Below are positions 1 through 12,433 of a stretch of DNA of 41,865 nt, in pieces. The notes beneath the pieces are model-generated. The model was given only the letters and a program-made list of their open reading frames with translations, was not told where the DNA came from and did no database searches. Position 1 is the first letter of the stretch; the number at the start of each line of letters is the position of its first letter. The DNA lies in contig CAVPXM010000048.1 in NCBI GenBank assembly GCA_963709405.1, positions 1-41,865 of the forward strand, read 5' to 3'. The position numbers and the translations under genes are program-made. The stretch comes from an uncultured Nitrososphaerales archaeon. Its GTDB lineage: Archaea > Thermoproteota > Nitrososphaeria > Nitrososphaerales > Nitrososphaeraceae.

Positions 1-712
1 GTTAACTTAGCGATAAAGCTATAGCTGCAAACATTCTCTCATATTCAATGAATTTATTTGAACGTGAGAGAACATCCGCGGAGACAATATTGTATGCATT
101 ATACTTATATTTTCTAGGCCTAAGTTTCATAAATACATCTAAGGCAATCCAACTATTTGGAAAGAGAGAGGAAGGAGTCATGTTGCAATATGGAAATGGG
201 TTCAGAGATTCAATCCCAGACGTCTATACTGTTGTAAAAGAGTGGCAGCTTTTCTAATTGATGAAACCATGGTGCAGATTGGTCCTGACCAGGCTTGGTT
301 ATGGGTTGCCGTAGAACCAATACACAGACAAATTCTTGGAGTTTACATCTCAAGACACAGGAATATGATTGTAGCTGAATCATTCCTAAGATCGTTAATC
401 AAGATTTATTGCAAACACGTGGTTTATAGTGATGATGGAACATGGTATCCGGAAGTATGTATATCATTAGGACTAAAGCATAGATTACATTCGCCATACG
501 AAAAGAGTATAGTTGAAAGAACGATAGAATATCTAAAGGGTAGAACTGAGGCATTTGATGATTACTATCCATGTATGATGGCTGGATTATGCAATCTTAG
601 ACACGTTCACAAATGGCTCATTCTGTTCGTATTTATGCACAATAGCGTTATAAAATCTAGTACTAAATTTGACGATCTAAGAAGGTGGAAGTATCTCTAA
701 GTTAACAGGGCC
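1..712 (+). mobile_element. IS6-family insertion sequence, left end cut by window edge; transposase frameshifted (48..700)
   Basis: ORFs 48..257 and 242..700 carry IS6 motifs (LYLYFLGLS, RSHVAIWKWVQ in the shifted frame, IDET, SDDGTWY, VER). The frameshift lies in the AG-rich tract near 160-172. GTTAACTTAG (1-10) is the reverse complement of CTAAGTTAAC (697-706), and the right IR continues AGGGCC to 712. Confidence 0.9.
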
Positions 713-1461
713 GGATAAAGATTATGAAGCTTTTTATACTCGTTAATTGACGGCTCGAGATATTTTGTTGATCAAAACTCGTCAATACTTATGCCATATA
801 AGTTGGTATTCTCAAAGAAGTTATTGTGATATGATGTGCCATTCGTCCTATATCGATGTAGAATTCATCATTTTCAATAGTACCATTGGGTGTGGCAGTG
901 TCACTTAGAAGATAGTTGTGATGAGGATATCTTTTCCATAATAATATGGATAATTCGATAATATATAATATATAACATATAATATAGGACATAATCAAAT
1001 CATATTTCCCTTATAAACCATCCTGACCTTAAGACGAAGAATAGATACAGTACTGGAAACTATGTCCTTTAGCTTATGGGACATAAGGCAACATCATACA
1101 AGTCTTATCAAATCATCTTTCACAATACTCACAGAAGTTCTAATATGACATTCTTCAAATTCTGAGGAATTACAATGGGAATTACCCAATTCCCAATCTG
1201 ATAATTAGGCCATACCAGAACAAGAAAAGTAGATGTATGCAAGCAGCGTTGAGATATAAGTTAGTGTGGAACGTTTTGTCAATACAAGCGACTTTTTGAT
1301 CCCAGTTGTCTTTTTTAGGTTACATTTGATTATAATTAAATTACCATCAAATCTTTAAATCATTATAAATTTAATAAATCTATTAAATTGATAAATAAAA
1401 ATTTTAAAAATAAGGACTTGAGGAAGCCGGAAATGAGTAGAGCGATACAAAAACTTTTAAA

Positions 1462-1817
1462 ATGGATGTCTTTCAATTAACAAAGATGGATAAAATACAC
1501 CTTAGTTATATTTTGCAACTTAGTATGATGACATTAGCTCTCTTTATAATAACTACAACTCAGGTTAAAGCTCAACAAGGTCAGGATTCGCATGGACTGA
1601 CTCCAGAACAAGTAAAGCAGTTCTGTAGGTCAGATAATCCTAGACTCAATTTCGTCAATCAGACGGAATCTGAAATTTGTGGATTGCCAAAAAGCACCCC
1701 GTCAACCCCAACATCAAACTCTTCTGGATCATCATCACAACCAGCCCCATCATCACAACCAGCCCATCATCACAACCAGCCCCATCATCAGGATCTGTAA
1801 CGCCACAAGCTTCCTAG
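1462..1817 (+). CDS. Secreted hypothetical protein with Ser/Pro/Gln-rich tail (ORF track ends at 1800 because of a 1-bp deletion in the repeat)
   Basis: Signal-peptide-like segment ending VKA-QQ and a Cys pair. Restoring one C in repeat unit 2 gives (SSQPAP)3-SSGSVTPQAS with a stop at 1815-1817. Confidence 0.6.
1730..1790 (+). repeat. 18-bp coding tandem repeat CATCATCACAACCAGCCC, about 3.4 copies
   Basis: Units at 1730-1747, 1748-1764 (17 bp, one C short), 1765-1782, and a partial unit at 1783-1790. Confidence 0.9.
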
Positions 1818-2107
1818 TATAAAAATTAAATTCAAATATTTAATCCTCGTCTCAATATAAAAATGAAAAATACTCGAGCAACTGTCTACTTGGGTTAGTT
1901 TTAAATAACATTTTTCATTTTTCATAATAAATTAGAGAGGAAAAGATTCATCATTATATCATTATTTTCAAGTACAATATAGTTTATGGGATCAAATTCA
2001 ATTGTTCCTTTTTTGATGAAATGAAGAAGATTGGGCATCAATATTTCATAATCAGGATTTAGACAAAACTGGACACATTCTAGGATTATCGTTATTGTTA
2101 TAAGAGA

Positions 2108-2530
2108 ATGAAACTAATAAATAATGTGCCTGTATCGGCTTTGGAAGACGTTTGCAAACAAATACAAGAATTGGACACTTCTATTAGATTTGCAGGTATT
2201 GCAAATAAACTTGGAAATCTAAGAACAACTTCTTATAGAGAAAACTTGATTCCTTTGCTGACAGAGAAAGAAACTTCAGATTATGCTATGAAAGCTGTTC
2301 TTCGTGCTGCCACCAGAGAAGATTATGAATCAAAGATTGGTAAATTACAATATTCTATAGGAAAGTACGAAAAAATGATTCGTGCGACAATTCCAATAAT
2401 GATTGATAAAAAAGATGATGTAAACAAGCTTTATCTACTCTTATCATTTGATTTGGATTCTAACGTTGCTTATACTATTCAAAATAAGGTATTACCATTT
2501 ATATTAGAAAACGAAAGTGCTTTTACATGA
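2108..2530 (+). CDS. Conserved thaumarchaeal hypothetical protein (DUF6659-like, roadblock/profilin-like)
   Basis: Pattern C..I..LD.SIRFAGIAN..G.L...YR..L.PLL, recalled as typical of this expanded AOA family. Confidence 0.65.
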   Translation: MKLINNVPVSALEDVCKQIQELDTSIRFAGIANKLGNLRTTSYRENLIPLLTEKETSDYAMKAVLRAATREDYESKIGKLQYSIGKYEKMIRATIPIMIDKKDDVNKLYLLLSFDLDSNVAYTIQNKVLPFILENESAFT

Positions 2531-2733
2531 TTGAATATACTCCGCAATTCAGACGTTTAGGAAAAATTAACAGAACGATATTATCTTTCTTTAGATTAGC
2601 TTCGATGTATAATAAATAAGTAGGCAATTTTAGTTGTTTTAGAATTCAAACAGACCAACAATAGAATGGCATTTAACAAAAAGTTCGCTACTTCATACCT
2701 AATTCCGATTCCCACATATTCTTATTCTACTAA

Positions 2734-3618
2734 GAACCCATCCCAAAAATAGATAGACATATAGCTTGAGAATGTCTGTTCATTGATGTGGCTTACGACA
2801 GAATCAAGTACATTCCAACTGTCAAGAGAATCCCAGATGAGTTATGGGATGAGATAAGGTTGATACTTCCACCTGAAAAACCAAATAATACCATAGGACG
2901 TCCAGCGGTATCATTTAGGAAGATACTGGATGGTATTCTATATGTCTTAAGAACTGGGTGTCAATGGAAGATGTTGCCCAAGGAATATGGCTCTGGATCA
3001 ACCTGCAATAGACGATTCCAACAATGGTCAATATTGAAGGTATTTAAAAAATTATGGACTAGACTCCTAATAGTGTATGATGATGTAGTAGGTATTCGTT
3101 GGAGATGGCAATCACTTGATAGTGTATGTATAAAGGCACCTTTAGGGGGGAAATGACTGGCACTAATCCTACAGACAGAGGTAAGTTAGGAACAAAACGT
3201 CATGTATTAACTGATGGACAAGGTATTCCATTATCCGTTGTTATAACTGCGGCTAGTACACATGATATGAAGGCTGCCATAAACACACTGGATAATATCG
3301 TAGTTAAAAGACCGTCTTATAAGATTAATAAAGAGAAACAGAACCTCTGTCTTGATAAAGGATATGACTTTCTAGAGATCGAGAATGGTGTTATCAAGAA
3401 AGGATACTTACCACATATTCGACATAGAGGAGAACAATCAATAACAAAGAGCGATAAGCATAATACAAGAAGAAGATGGGTTGTTGAAAGAACTAATTCC
3501 TGGCATAACAGGCTCAGAAAACTCATTAGATATGAGAAGAAGATAGAAAACTATTTTGCGTTAGTATGTTTGGGTTGTTGCATTACTATATACAGGAGGA
3601 TAATTTTGGGATAGGCTC
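2734..3618 (+). mobile_element. IS5-family IS (IS1031/IS427-like), two overlapping transposase ORFs 2788..3156 and 3126..3614
   Basis: Motifs ILYVLRTGCQWKMLP, LDS, GTKRHVLTDGQGIPL, DKGYD, RWVVERT. Imperfect IRs GAACCCATCCCAAAA and TTTTGGGATAGGCTC. TAA target duplication at 2731-2733 and 3619-3621. Confidence 0.92.
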
Positions 3619-4803
3619 TAAATCTAAAGATGCAGCTGTTTTCCTCATTGCAAAATTCAAAAATCGAAGTATGAATCGCAAATACAAAGTAAGATTTACT
3701 AATATACTACTAAAGTTGAAATATGAACTAAAAATTATAGGATATAGAACGGGTAGATAGAGCAAAATTTAATATTAACTAACGATGACAACTTTTAAAT
3801 GATGAGATGTCCAATATCGCGTACACATTACACTACATGGCAATGGCTTAATTCAGCAATTGAAATTAAATATCCATCAGAGTATCAATTCAATTAGAAA
3901 TTATTATTATAATTTGACGGATGGGACAATCAGAGTAACACAATCCTCATCGCTATCTTTTAGGTTATCGATAATATCAAATTGATTTGATCCGTTTCTA
4001 ATTTTCAGAAACATTATTGGCTTATTTGAGTTTAGTCTTAAAACTTTAAACGGAATATCTGGACTCGATCTTCTCATCTTATCATTATTAGAATAAACAG
4101 TACTTGTAATAGTCATTGGATGGGAATTGTAAGGTAATGATATTGATGATTGTCTCGTGTAGTGTTTCTTACTGCGTCTAAGCGTTTTAAATGCCATCAT
4201 TCTCTATGATTACGAATGATTGTACGTATTTATTGAAGGAGGACCCCAAAGAGGAGGGGGAGACATGCAGAAAAGTGCTTGAAAAGAGCATTATGCTGTA
4301 GTTTAAAGAACATATTAAGAGTAATTCCATGTAATTGCACACATAACACTATTTTAACATCTATTACTGATCGCATCTGCCAGACTATATACTATAACTC
4401 GAGCTGAGAATGGTCGAATGAGTCATCCAATAGATAGAAAGAAGATTCAACAGTAGATCTGCCGCTTAATTACGCTGATCGCTTGTATAAAGACAATGCT
4501 AATTTATCTTATTTTTGAAAATAATGAAATGCGTACAAAATAAAATTTGTTAGGAGAAAGGATTAGCTATACTTTGCCTTTTTGTCTTCATACATCTCAC
4601 AGATGCTACACTCATTTTACAATTAATCCTACAGATCATATGCCTTAAAATTCAAAGTCTTTAACTACCTAAATGAGAAGATTACAGACAGGACATCATA
4701 ATGAATGACGACAATATGTGCAAATTAATATATCAGGTCGTACTGACTTTAGGCAGATCCATCATTCATCGAATAATAATATTATATAGGATAATAATGT
4801 TTT

Positions 4804-5010
4804 ATGTACCGAATTAATGTTCAAATCTTAATTATTATATGGTGGATAGGTGCAGTAGCTGCAGCCTCCTCTTTATTCATTCCGATATATGAACAATATG
4901 TAATAATTGGAACATCCGGTTGGATTGTCATTGCGGTAAGTACAGGATTGATAATATATGAAATAAAGAGAATAAAACAAGAGGAAAAGGAGAAGTTAAG
5001 AAAAGAGTAA
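4804..5010 (+). CDS. Small two-helix membrane protein
   Basis: Two hydrophobic stretches and a charged C-terminus; convergent with the Lrp-domain gene. Confidence 0.65.
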   Translation: MYRINVQILIIIWWIGAVAAASSLFIPIYEQYVIIGTSGWIVIAVSTGLIIYEIKRIKQEEKEKLRKE

Positions 5011-5022
5011 AAATTAGTTACA

Positions 5023-5271
5023 TTATTCCTTTCCACCTTGTTCTTCGATGACAACCAAAGTTACAGTGGATGTAATGCCTGGTATTTTTCTTATCTTATT
5101 TGTTATGGTATGATTCATTATTTCGGTATTATCTGATTTTACTTTAACAAATACATCATGAACACCGTAAGTCCCTCTTACCTCCTTTACATCATTCAAA
5201 TTAGATATCTCATCAATAATTTTCTCCTCAGAACCTAAGGTGCAGTTTACTAAAATATATGCTGTTGGCAT
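5023..5271 (-). CDS. Stand-alone Lrp/AsnC ligand-binding (RAM) domain protein
   Basis: MPTAYILVNC..G.E, GTYGVHDVFVKV, IRKIPGITSTVTL. Confidence 0.9.
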   Translation of the reverse strand: MPTAYILVNCTLGSEEKIIDEISNLNDVKEVRGTYGVHDVFVKVKSDNTEIMNHTITNKIRKIPGITSTVTLVVIEEQGGKE

Positions 5272-5372
5272 CTACTCAATCTATACTAACATGTTATTTA
5301 GTGTTTTCTGCAGTATTTTCACCATAGTATGTCTTAAATAAATACATTAAAAAGATAATGATATTGACGAAA

Positions 5373-6209
5373 CTACATTGCATGAAGCTTGTAAACTTGA
5401 CCAGTTTGTCTATTAGTGTATTTCCATTCCTCAGTATTGTATTTAATCTCCTTGAATTTAGACTTCATTTGTGGATGAAGTGAATTATATACATCGTCAC
5501 CTATCATAATCGTGTTTGGATCGGTTAATGAAGTTATTTTCGCCGCTATACTCATGCAGTAGCCAAGAACATCAATAGGGGAGCTTTTGTCATGTCCATA
5601 TTGCACAATTACATTTTCACCTTCATCAATTCCTATCTTGACACTAAGTTCAGGGTAATCATATTGATTCAATATAGGATTAATTCCATTCTTGATTACG
5701 GTTATTATGGATTGAGCACATTGTACTGTTTTATCACATGCTAGTAATTTATTATAGTCCGATGAGAAGAATGCAATAACAGCATCTCCTACGTACTTTA
5801 ATACATAACCGTTATAACTCTGAACTATTGAAGATATTTCGTATGAAAATGCTCTTATTATAGTTACCACTTTATCTATGGGTAGGGTCATACTCATATT
5901 AGTTGAGCCAACTAGATCCGCATACATGATTACTAATGGAATTTTTGAATTCACATGCTTTAGGAGGAAATTTTGTCCGGGTTTTAATGTTGAATCGTAT
6001 TGATAGTGTCTTTTCAAGGCACTCCAAATTCTGTTCTGGGTTTGAGATACAAGTGTTTCAGTATCGACCATCCTATGCTTTAAAATGTTGTTCTCATCAT
6101 TACCCATAATCATATTAACTATCGATTCGGTATTTTGTTCGCTACTGATACTGCTTTTACCCTTGTTTAGGTACTTCCTTTTGGTCTTATCGTCTTCTGA
6201 AGTATGCAA
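5373..6209 (-). CDS. Class III adenylate/guanylate cyclase domain protein
   Basis: MYADLVGST, KYVGDAVIAFF, VKIGIDEG, DVLG...IAAKI. The start codon is uncertain. Confidence 0.9.
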   Translation of the reverse strand: MHTSEDDKTKRKYLNKGKSSISSEQNTESIVNMIMGNDENNILKHRMVDTETLVSQTQNRIWSALKRHYQYDSTLKPGQNFLLKHVNSKIPLVIMYADLVGSTNMSMTLPIDKVVTIIRAFSYEISSIVQSYNGYVLKYVGDAVIAFFSSDYNKLLACDKTVQCAQSIITVIKNGINPILNQYDYPELSVKIGIDEGENVIVQYGHDKSSPIDVLGYCMSIAAKITSLTDPNTIMIGDDVYNSLHPQMKSKFKEIKYNTEEWKYTNRQTGQVYKLHAM

Positions 6210-7421
6210 TTAATATCAATTTTTATATTCATTTATTAGATTTAAATATCTACTAGAGTTTCTAAATCAAAAGATTGAAACCAATATAGCTAATTCATCA
6301 CATCAATATTTAAACATATCATACTATCCATTATTTCATGTAACATCTGAGCACGATTACCAACTAACCGAAATCTTTTTCCTGGATGAACTAAGTACTA
6401 ACTTCGAAAGTATCAAGTCTTTTCAAAACTATCAAACCTAAATAAAATGAAAGAAATTAATATGGTGATGTAAAGGTCATCGGTAGTAATATCTACCAAT
6501 ACACATTTTTATTATATCTATATGTGGTTAGTTGCTTATTCTAATTCATCTTATACTCCCATCATGTCAATTACATATCATATTAAATCGTATTTTTATA
6601 CTACTGATAGTAATTCATCAGTAGTATCAGTAAAAGAAGGAAATGTACACTACCATCAAATCTATATCTAAAGATTCAGACCTGTAGTTACAATAACAGA
6701 TAAGGATAGTCTAATACCAAATCGCATCCAGAGCTTCAGGGTAATGTGGAAGTATATAAAAAGATAGTGAATAATGCATTTCTAGAAGTTGAGCATATAC
6801 CAAAACAGATATAATAAAAAAATTATGATATCTTTGCAGAATCGAAACTTAAAGTTTTGATTCTAAACTTGAATATGTTTATTGTAAGATATCTTAAATC
6901 AAAGGTTTCTATCATAGACAAAAAACATCACCTATAAACTATAATACAAAAAGTATAATCAAAAACAATCTTCGATTTGTAAAGATGAATGAGTATTGTC
7001 TGTATGTATATAAGGAATGGCCTACATTTAATACTGAGCTGAAAGTTAAATACGAGTCGTTTCCTATGGTTTGATATGATTATCTTCTTTTTAGTTACGA
7101 TTGTCTCATTACTTCTGTAGCAAGGCAAAACTATCACAATTGGCTCCCAATTGCGAAGAAAAATTCCTAAAGAATATAATCGTAACAACAATAATAGACT
7201 ATTTTATGTTATGCAGAAATGTCTGCAAATAAACTGTTATATCTTCGTAATTAGAACCAGAAATGTCGATTTAGTTCTGAATCCGATTTAAGAATACCAA
7301 TAAATTCGAACAACTCAACCACACATTTTAAGAGAATAGATATAAAATCTGACTGATTCTAAATAACTATTATATAGGATATCTAACTACAATATTAATA
7401 CTTCTGCTTGTACAAACTAAC

Positions 7422-7748
7422 TTAGCTTTGATAGAACTCGGACGGTTTATCTAATTTATTGGCTATGGCATAACTTAACATTCCAAATCCTACCAAGGTA
7501 ATAATAAATCCTATTTCTATTATCATAGATATCGCATTACTGTTAGAAGGTATATTAGTATAAGGCAACTGAGTAGTAGCCTTTTATGATTTTATAAATT
7601 CAGATCCGTAACGTATAGATCCGGCAACACCAATAATTACTATAACTATACCTACAATAGTTATCATATTAGATCTAAAATTAGGAAAGCTAGTCCATTT
7701 ATTATTACTATTATCTGTCGATGAATTTCTTATAAACTTTATTTGCAT
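7422..7748 (-). pseudogene. Two-TM membrane protein interrupted by an in-frame TAA (7584-7586); absent from the ORF track
   Basis: Manual translation: MQIKF...MITIVGIVIVIIGVAGSIRYGSEFIKS*KATTQ...MIIEIGFIITLVGFGMLSYAIANKLDKPSEFYQS*. Confidence 0.55.
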
Positions 7749-7963
7749 TAGTCACTTCCTAATTGAAATCAAATTATCATCCTCTTGTCTAATGAATCTT
7801 AACATTGATAACTTTGTCCGGCAGCATAATATGTCTTTATTGGATATCGACAAAATGCAAGATGATGTTGGAATGATCAAGTTTATGTAGTATGATTTAT
7901 GACTGGTTTCGTGTCAGTCTTTTTGAATGAGATCTTAAAATAAGGCAAACTCTATGCTTTTTT

Positions 7964-8275
7964 ATGGCAAAAATAATCGTCGGAAAAACATCCGACATAC
8001 CTGAAGGAAAAATGACCCATATAACAGCAGGCGGTAAAGAAATACTAGTTGCTAATGTAAAGGGAAGATATTACGCTACAAGTAATATTTGTACTCATGC
8101 CGGAGCTGAACTTCATGATGGCGGTGAGCTTGACGGTAAGGAATTGACATGTCCGTGGCATGGTTCAAAATGGGATATAACTACCGGTGATCTAATCTGG
8201 TTTCCACAGAAACTTCAACCACTCGGATCATATAAGATCACATTAGAAGATGATACTATTTACGTGGAGGTTTAA
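7964..8275 (+). CDS. Rieske [2Fe-2S] ferredoxin
   Basis: CTH and CPWHGSKWD ligand motifs. Confidence 0.93.
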   Translation: MAKIIVGKTSDIPEGKMTHITAGGKEILVANVKGRYYATSNICTHAGAELHDGGELDGKELTCPWHGSKWDITTGDLIWFPQKLQPLGSYKITLEDDTIYVEV

Positions 8276-8472
8276 TTGTATTACAATTATCTAGTCAAAC
8301 ACCCCTAATTGCAAATTCAAGTGATTTTCAGAATACTCTAACACTAGTATCGAATTTGGCCCAATTATGTTTTGCGCTAATTTAAATTTGATTTGTCCAA
8401 TTTTACATTTGTACAGTCTTCATGACTCAATGTATACAAAAGCACAAAAAGTTACTCGGCTATACTCCATAA

Positions 8473-9272
8473 ATGATAATTAGATATAATGGACTGAAAA
8501 TAAAAGATATACAATATAACAATATAAATATGATTCAAAAAGATCGTAGGAATAGTGATTTAATTACAATCTCAAGAGAATTTTACGATCTAACTCACAT
8601 CATAAATAAAAATATCCCAGTATACCCAGGTGATCCTAAACCAACATTTGAGCCAGTTACAACGATAGGAAAAGATGCAAATACCAACATTACACGTATA
8701 GCAATGGGCTCATACCGGAACGCATGTAGATGCTCACAAACACTTTATGCCCGATGGAATTGGAATTGATAAAGAGCCTCCTGATAAATTTATTGGCGAT
8801 GCTGTTGTACTAGACATGTCCACAATTCAGACTGGGCAAGGAATTACAAGTTCCGATTTGGAGAAGTGTTTAAACATAGTAAAGTCAGGAGATATTATTT
8901 TATTTTATACAGGTACAAGTCCTAAATTGGATTCCAAAGATATTAGAATTAGTTATAAAAAGGAATATGAAAAGATTGAAGGTAATTTTATATATTTGGA
9001 ACTTTCTGCTGCAGAGTGGATTGTAGGCCACAATATAAAATGTGTAGGAATAGATACATGGAGTGTAGAGAGAGAAGGTTTTACAGAAGGACTAATACAT
9101 AAAAAATTATTATCCCATGATATAGGAATAATTGAAAATCTTAATTCGAATTTGCGAAGATTTGTAGATAAAAAAAATCTTTCTTATTTGCTTACCGTTA
9201 TTATTTGAAGATTTAGATGGATCGCCAGCTAGAGCAATCGTCTTTGATATTACGACACAAAATGAGAAATGA
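8473..9272 (+). CDS. Cyclase family (kynurenine formamidase-like) metal-dependent hydrolase with two frameshifts
   Basis: DLTH, PVYPGDP, HTGTHVDA (in the shifted frame near 8710), VGIDT.SVE, IIENL, and LP...DGSPARA after a slip in the A-run near 9170-9177. The true start may be later (8530). Confidence 0.85.
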
Positions 9273-10068
9273 CAGGTTTTGTTCGATTGTTTAGGTAACC
9301 TGTCAAAAATATACAAACCATAAACTATAGCACTAAATCGGTGCGTAGCAGATCATATTAGTATATCAAAATGACGATTGATCGTTTTCGATTATGAACT
9401 AACTAGTTTCAAGGAGAATTGCAAAGAATATAGGACAAGATGGCGAAAATAAAGCAATTGCAAGTTGGGCCAACATTAAATCATAAATAGAACCCCAAGC
9501 ATGGTTTTTGCTATTCTTAATATTTAGTTTATGAAGTCATCTATTGTGTTCACGAAATGTAATCGACACTGCTCTTCTCGCATCAATGATGACATCGAGT
9601 TACTCCGAAACATTTTTATCGCAAGATTCGTCCTCGTCAAAGGAATTATTCATTTCACATTTATAATTTGACACATTTATTATTTATTTTATGATTAACC
9701 GTTATTAAAATGTGTATGTGAATAAAAGATGAATCAAATGTCTTTATCGAGTTGTATCTTAACATCATTCGACTGCATTATTAAACGAACTGAAAAATGA
9801 AGCTCGAATTTACATAGTATAATTTCTAAGTTATTACCAAATGTCTAAGCATTATCCAGTCACCATCACCTGTTCAAAAACATATGTATAATTATATTGA
9901 TAAGATTTATGATCCCAATGCATCTAGTATCATTGGATTAGGATTAGCAAAGTTGATTGTAAATCAATCACATCGTATAGTAATAAATTATTGTAACAAA
10001 CTATCTATAAATAATTTTATTTTTGTTTTATGATATTTATAGACTGACTACTTATAAAGAATACATAT

Positions 10069-10407
10069 GTGAGATTCTTAATGAACGCAAGTACAGCATT
10101 AATAATGGTTAGTATCATTTTGACATTAATTATGTTGGTATCAAATAGCACCATCAATCTTATATTAGCAGAGCCGATAGTTGCTAATCCAAATACAGTT
10201 ACGAAAAGTACTTCTCGAGGACAAGTTACACTTATACCTATTAATACAGGCAATCCGAAACTCGATCAAGATATGCATAGTTTTTACAGTTGTATAAAGA
10301 AAGCAATTAAGGAGAGCAAACCTACAGACCTGAGCGAATATAATTACTTCGCTACAGAACCTACTAAAGTGGAAGTTAATAATTGTTATCGCAATGTATT
10401 TGGATAG
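10069..10407 (+). CDS. Secreted hypothetical protein with a Cys pair
   Basis: N-terminal hydrophobic helix; FYSCI...EPTK.EV.NCY pattern. Confidence 0.6.
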   Translation: MRFLMNASTALIMVSIILTLIMLVSNSTINLILAEPIVANPNTVTKSTSRGQVTLIPINTGNPKLDQDMHSFYSCIKKAIKESKPTDLSEYNYFATEPTKVEVNNCYRNVFG

Positions 10408-10806
10408 AACATGATAATTAATTTGTGTACTTACATGGATTACCGTAATAATTTGACATGCGTCCCATACATTAATAACCTATTTTTGGTTCTAGAAGAA
10501 TACAAGATAGATATCTCCAATACGGGGAGATTTAAAACAGTAACATAAATCAAATTCGTTTTTATATATTGATTTTCATTTTACTAACAGTTAACATTCA
10601 TAAATGTAAATTATAGTCTATGCTATTAGAAATTATAAATATGCGCCCAACTTTACTTTGTTGCCCCATGTTCAGATCAAGAATCATATAGTGTAGTTTT
10701 GGTTCGTATTACAACCATACTGGTAGTTTCTTACGGGGTTTTTAAAATTATCTGCCATGGCTCCAATTTCGGTTTATTATTACTAGAAATCTTTTTATCA
10801 CCTACT

Positions 10807-11292
10807 TCAAAAATTCAAACATTTGAAGATCTTGATTAATGGATTCCAGTCGATGTGCTGAAATTCAACTGGATCTTTTAATGGGTACTTTACCCATCCT
10901 TTAACAACTGAAAACATATAGGTTTCGAGTTTACCTTCAAAACGAAACCTGACTTTGAGCATAGTACCCCAGCGTTTCGCTTCTGGAATGATATCGACAA
11001 TCTTATCATAGGGAATTTCTAAATTTTTATTACTCATTGCAAGATCGCATATTAAATCTTTTATAGTATATCCATATATAGGTCTAAATACGTCTTCGCC
11101 TTCTTTGAATCGTTTGAGTTGTTTTAGAGAATGCGCATCGTGTACTTTGTAAGTCATGTTAGTTCTTGTAATGAATGCAATGCGTCTATTGGTGATTATC
11201 ATCATACCTTCCATGCCTCTTTTAATAAAACCATCCTTTTGCCCCCATATCCACATCAGGTGAGCCTTAATTTGTTCATCTTGTTCCTTCAA
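10807..11292 (-). CDS. Conserved hypothetical protein (PH/GRAM-like fold suspected)
   Basis: G.MIITNRRIAF and EIPYDKI motifs resemble PH-like beta domains. Confidence 0.6.
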   Translation of the reverse strand: MKEQDEQIKAHLMWIWGQKDGFIKRGMEGMMIITNRRIAFITRTNMTYKVHDAHSLKQLKRFKEGEDVFRPIYGYTIKDLICDLAMSNKNLEIPYDKIVDIIPEAKRWGTMLKVRFRFEGKLETYMFSVVKGWVKYPLKDPVEFQHIDWNPLIKIFKCLNF

Positions 11293-12433
11293 GTATGTTA
11301 TGCAAAATCAATCTAATAATTTAAAAACCTCTCGCCTTGTGTTATAGTTTGGAAGAATGACCCTCTTTTATTACTTTTGAATAGAATACAAAATACTAGA
11401 TCCAAGTTTCTAGAACAACCAGCCATCCTATAATTCAAAAAATAAGATTTGATCATTAGTAGATTCTCATTTTACCAAGACCGTAACGAGATTTATTTCT
11501 ACAGCCCCAAATAATGATTACATTATGCACACACACTATGCACATATGGAGATATGCCACGATAGTGAACTATAAAATAGATCATCATTAGTGCGAAATA
11601 TTCAATTCATTTCGTATTTGATTTATTTAATACATGTACAAAAAATGGATCACTTATTTCCAAAAAATAAGTTTTCAATACATCAAAATTGAAAATTTTT
11701 GTTGATTTCCAGATCATTTACTATTAAATATAATTGACAGATTTAATTATCATTACGACTATCGAGTAACTGTGTTAATCAACTATTTTATACTATAAAG
11801 CTCAAACTCAACTGTAAACAGCTTCGTTCCAAACTATGATGGAGGATTAGAATTTATAATTTCTCTTCCTCTATCATCTAATATATTCTCTGGGAATATG
11901 TGATTGTGTAAACTTTATATAGATAGACTAACTCGTGATATTAGGTTATCATGAGATTAAATAAATGAACACGTTGTCTCTTATATCAGCTATTGTAGCA
12001 ACAAAAGCGAAGCTATGGAGAAATCATCATAATAATGATTAGACTCGTAAGTATCATCTTTGTTACATCGATTGTGTGCGAAAGTTAACATATCTTAATT
12101 CTTTCATTAAATAGTATCATTGTATATCTTTTCGTATTAGATATAAGATAAGGTTGATAGAACGAAGGCTCAGAATTAGAAAGTCGCATGATTAAGTCTT
12201 TAATCAGCCTGTAAAATTATTATTGATCATATTTTCCATATAGCCATTCCGGTAACAACCAACAAAATAATAACATAGGAAAAATAATATTCATAAATTA
12301 CGAGCAGCGGCAAGAACATTTTATGAACTATTTTATAGAAATGTCTTATTATTGAATTACGCTGGTTGGAGCATATAAGGATAATTTTAGAAATGGAAAA
12401 GGTAAAAATTCAGTTTGTGCGTAATTAAGACAA

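Noticed and set aside
1760-1800. His-rich C-terminus (HHHNQPHHQDL) suggesting metal binding
   Set aside because: It arises from a one-C shortening of a C-run in the second 18-bp repeat unit. The in-register reading is SSQPAP repeats.
3566-3760. 64-aa ORF crossing the IS5 right end
   Set aside because: It is a chimera of IS end and AT-rich flank with no coding evidence.
789-4200. Short minus-strand ORFs 789..998 and 3907..4200 (also 6928..7191)
   Set aside because: They have low-complexity AT-driven composition and no recognisable motifs, so I cannot support them as genes.
11300-12430. Long AT-rich non-coding gap, considered as a CRISPR array, second origin or RNA gene
   Set aside because: No regular direct repeats, ORB motifs or GC-rich stems were seen.
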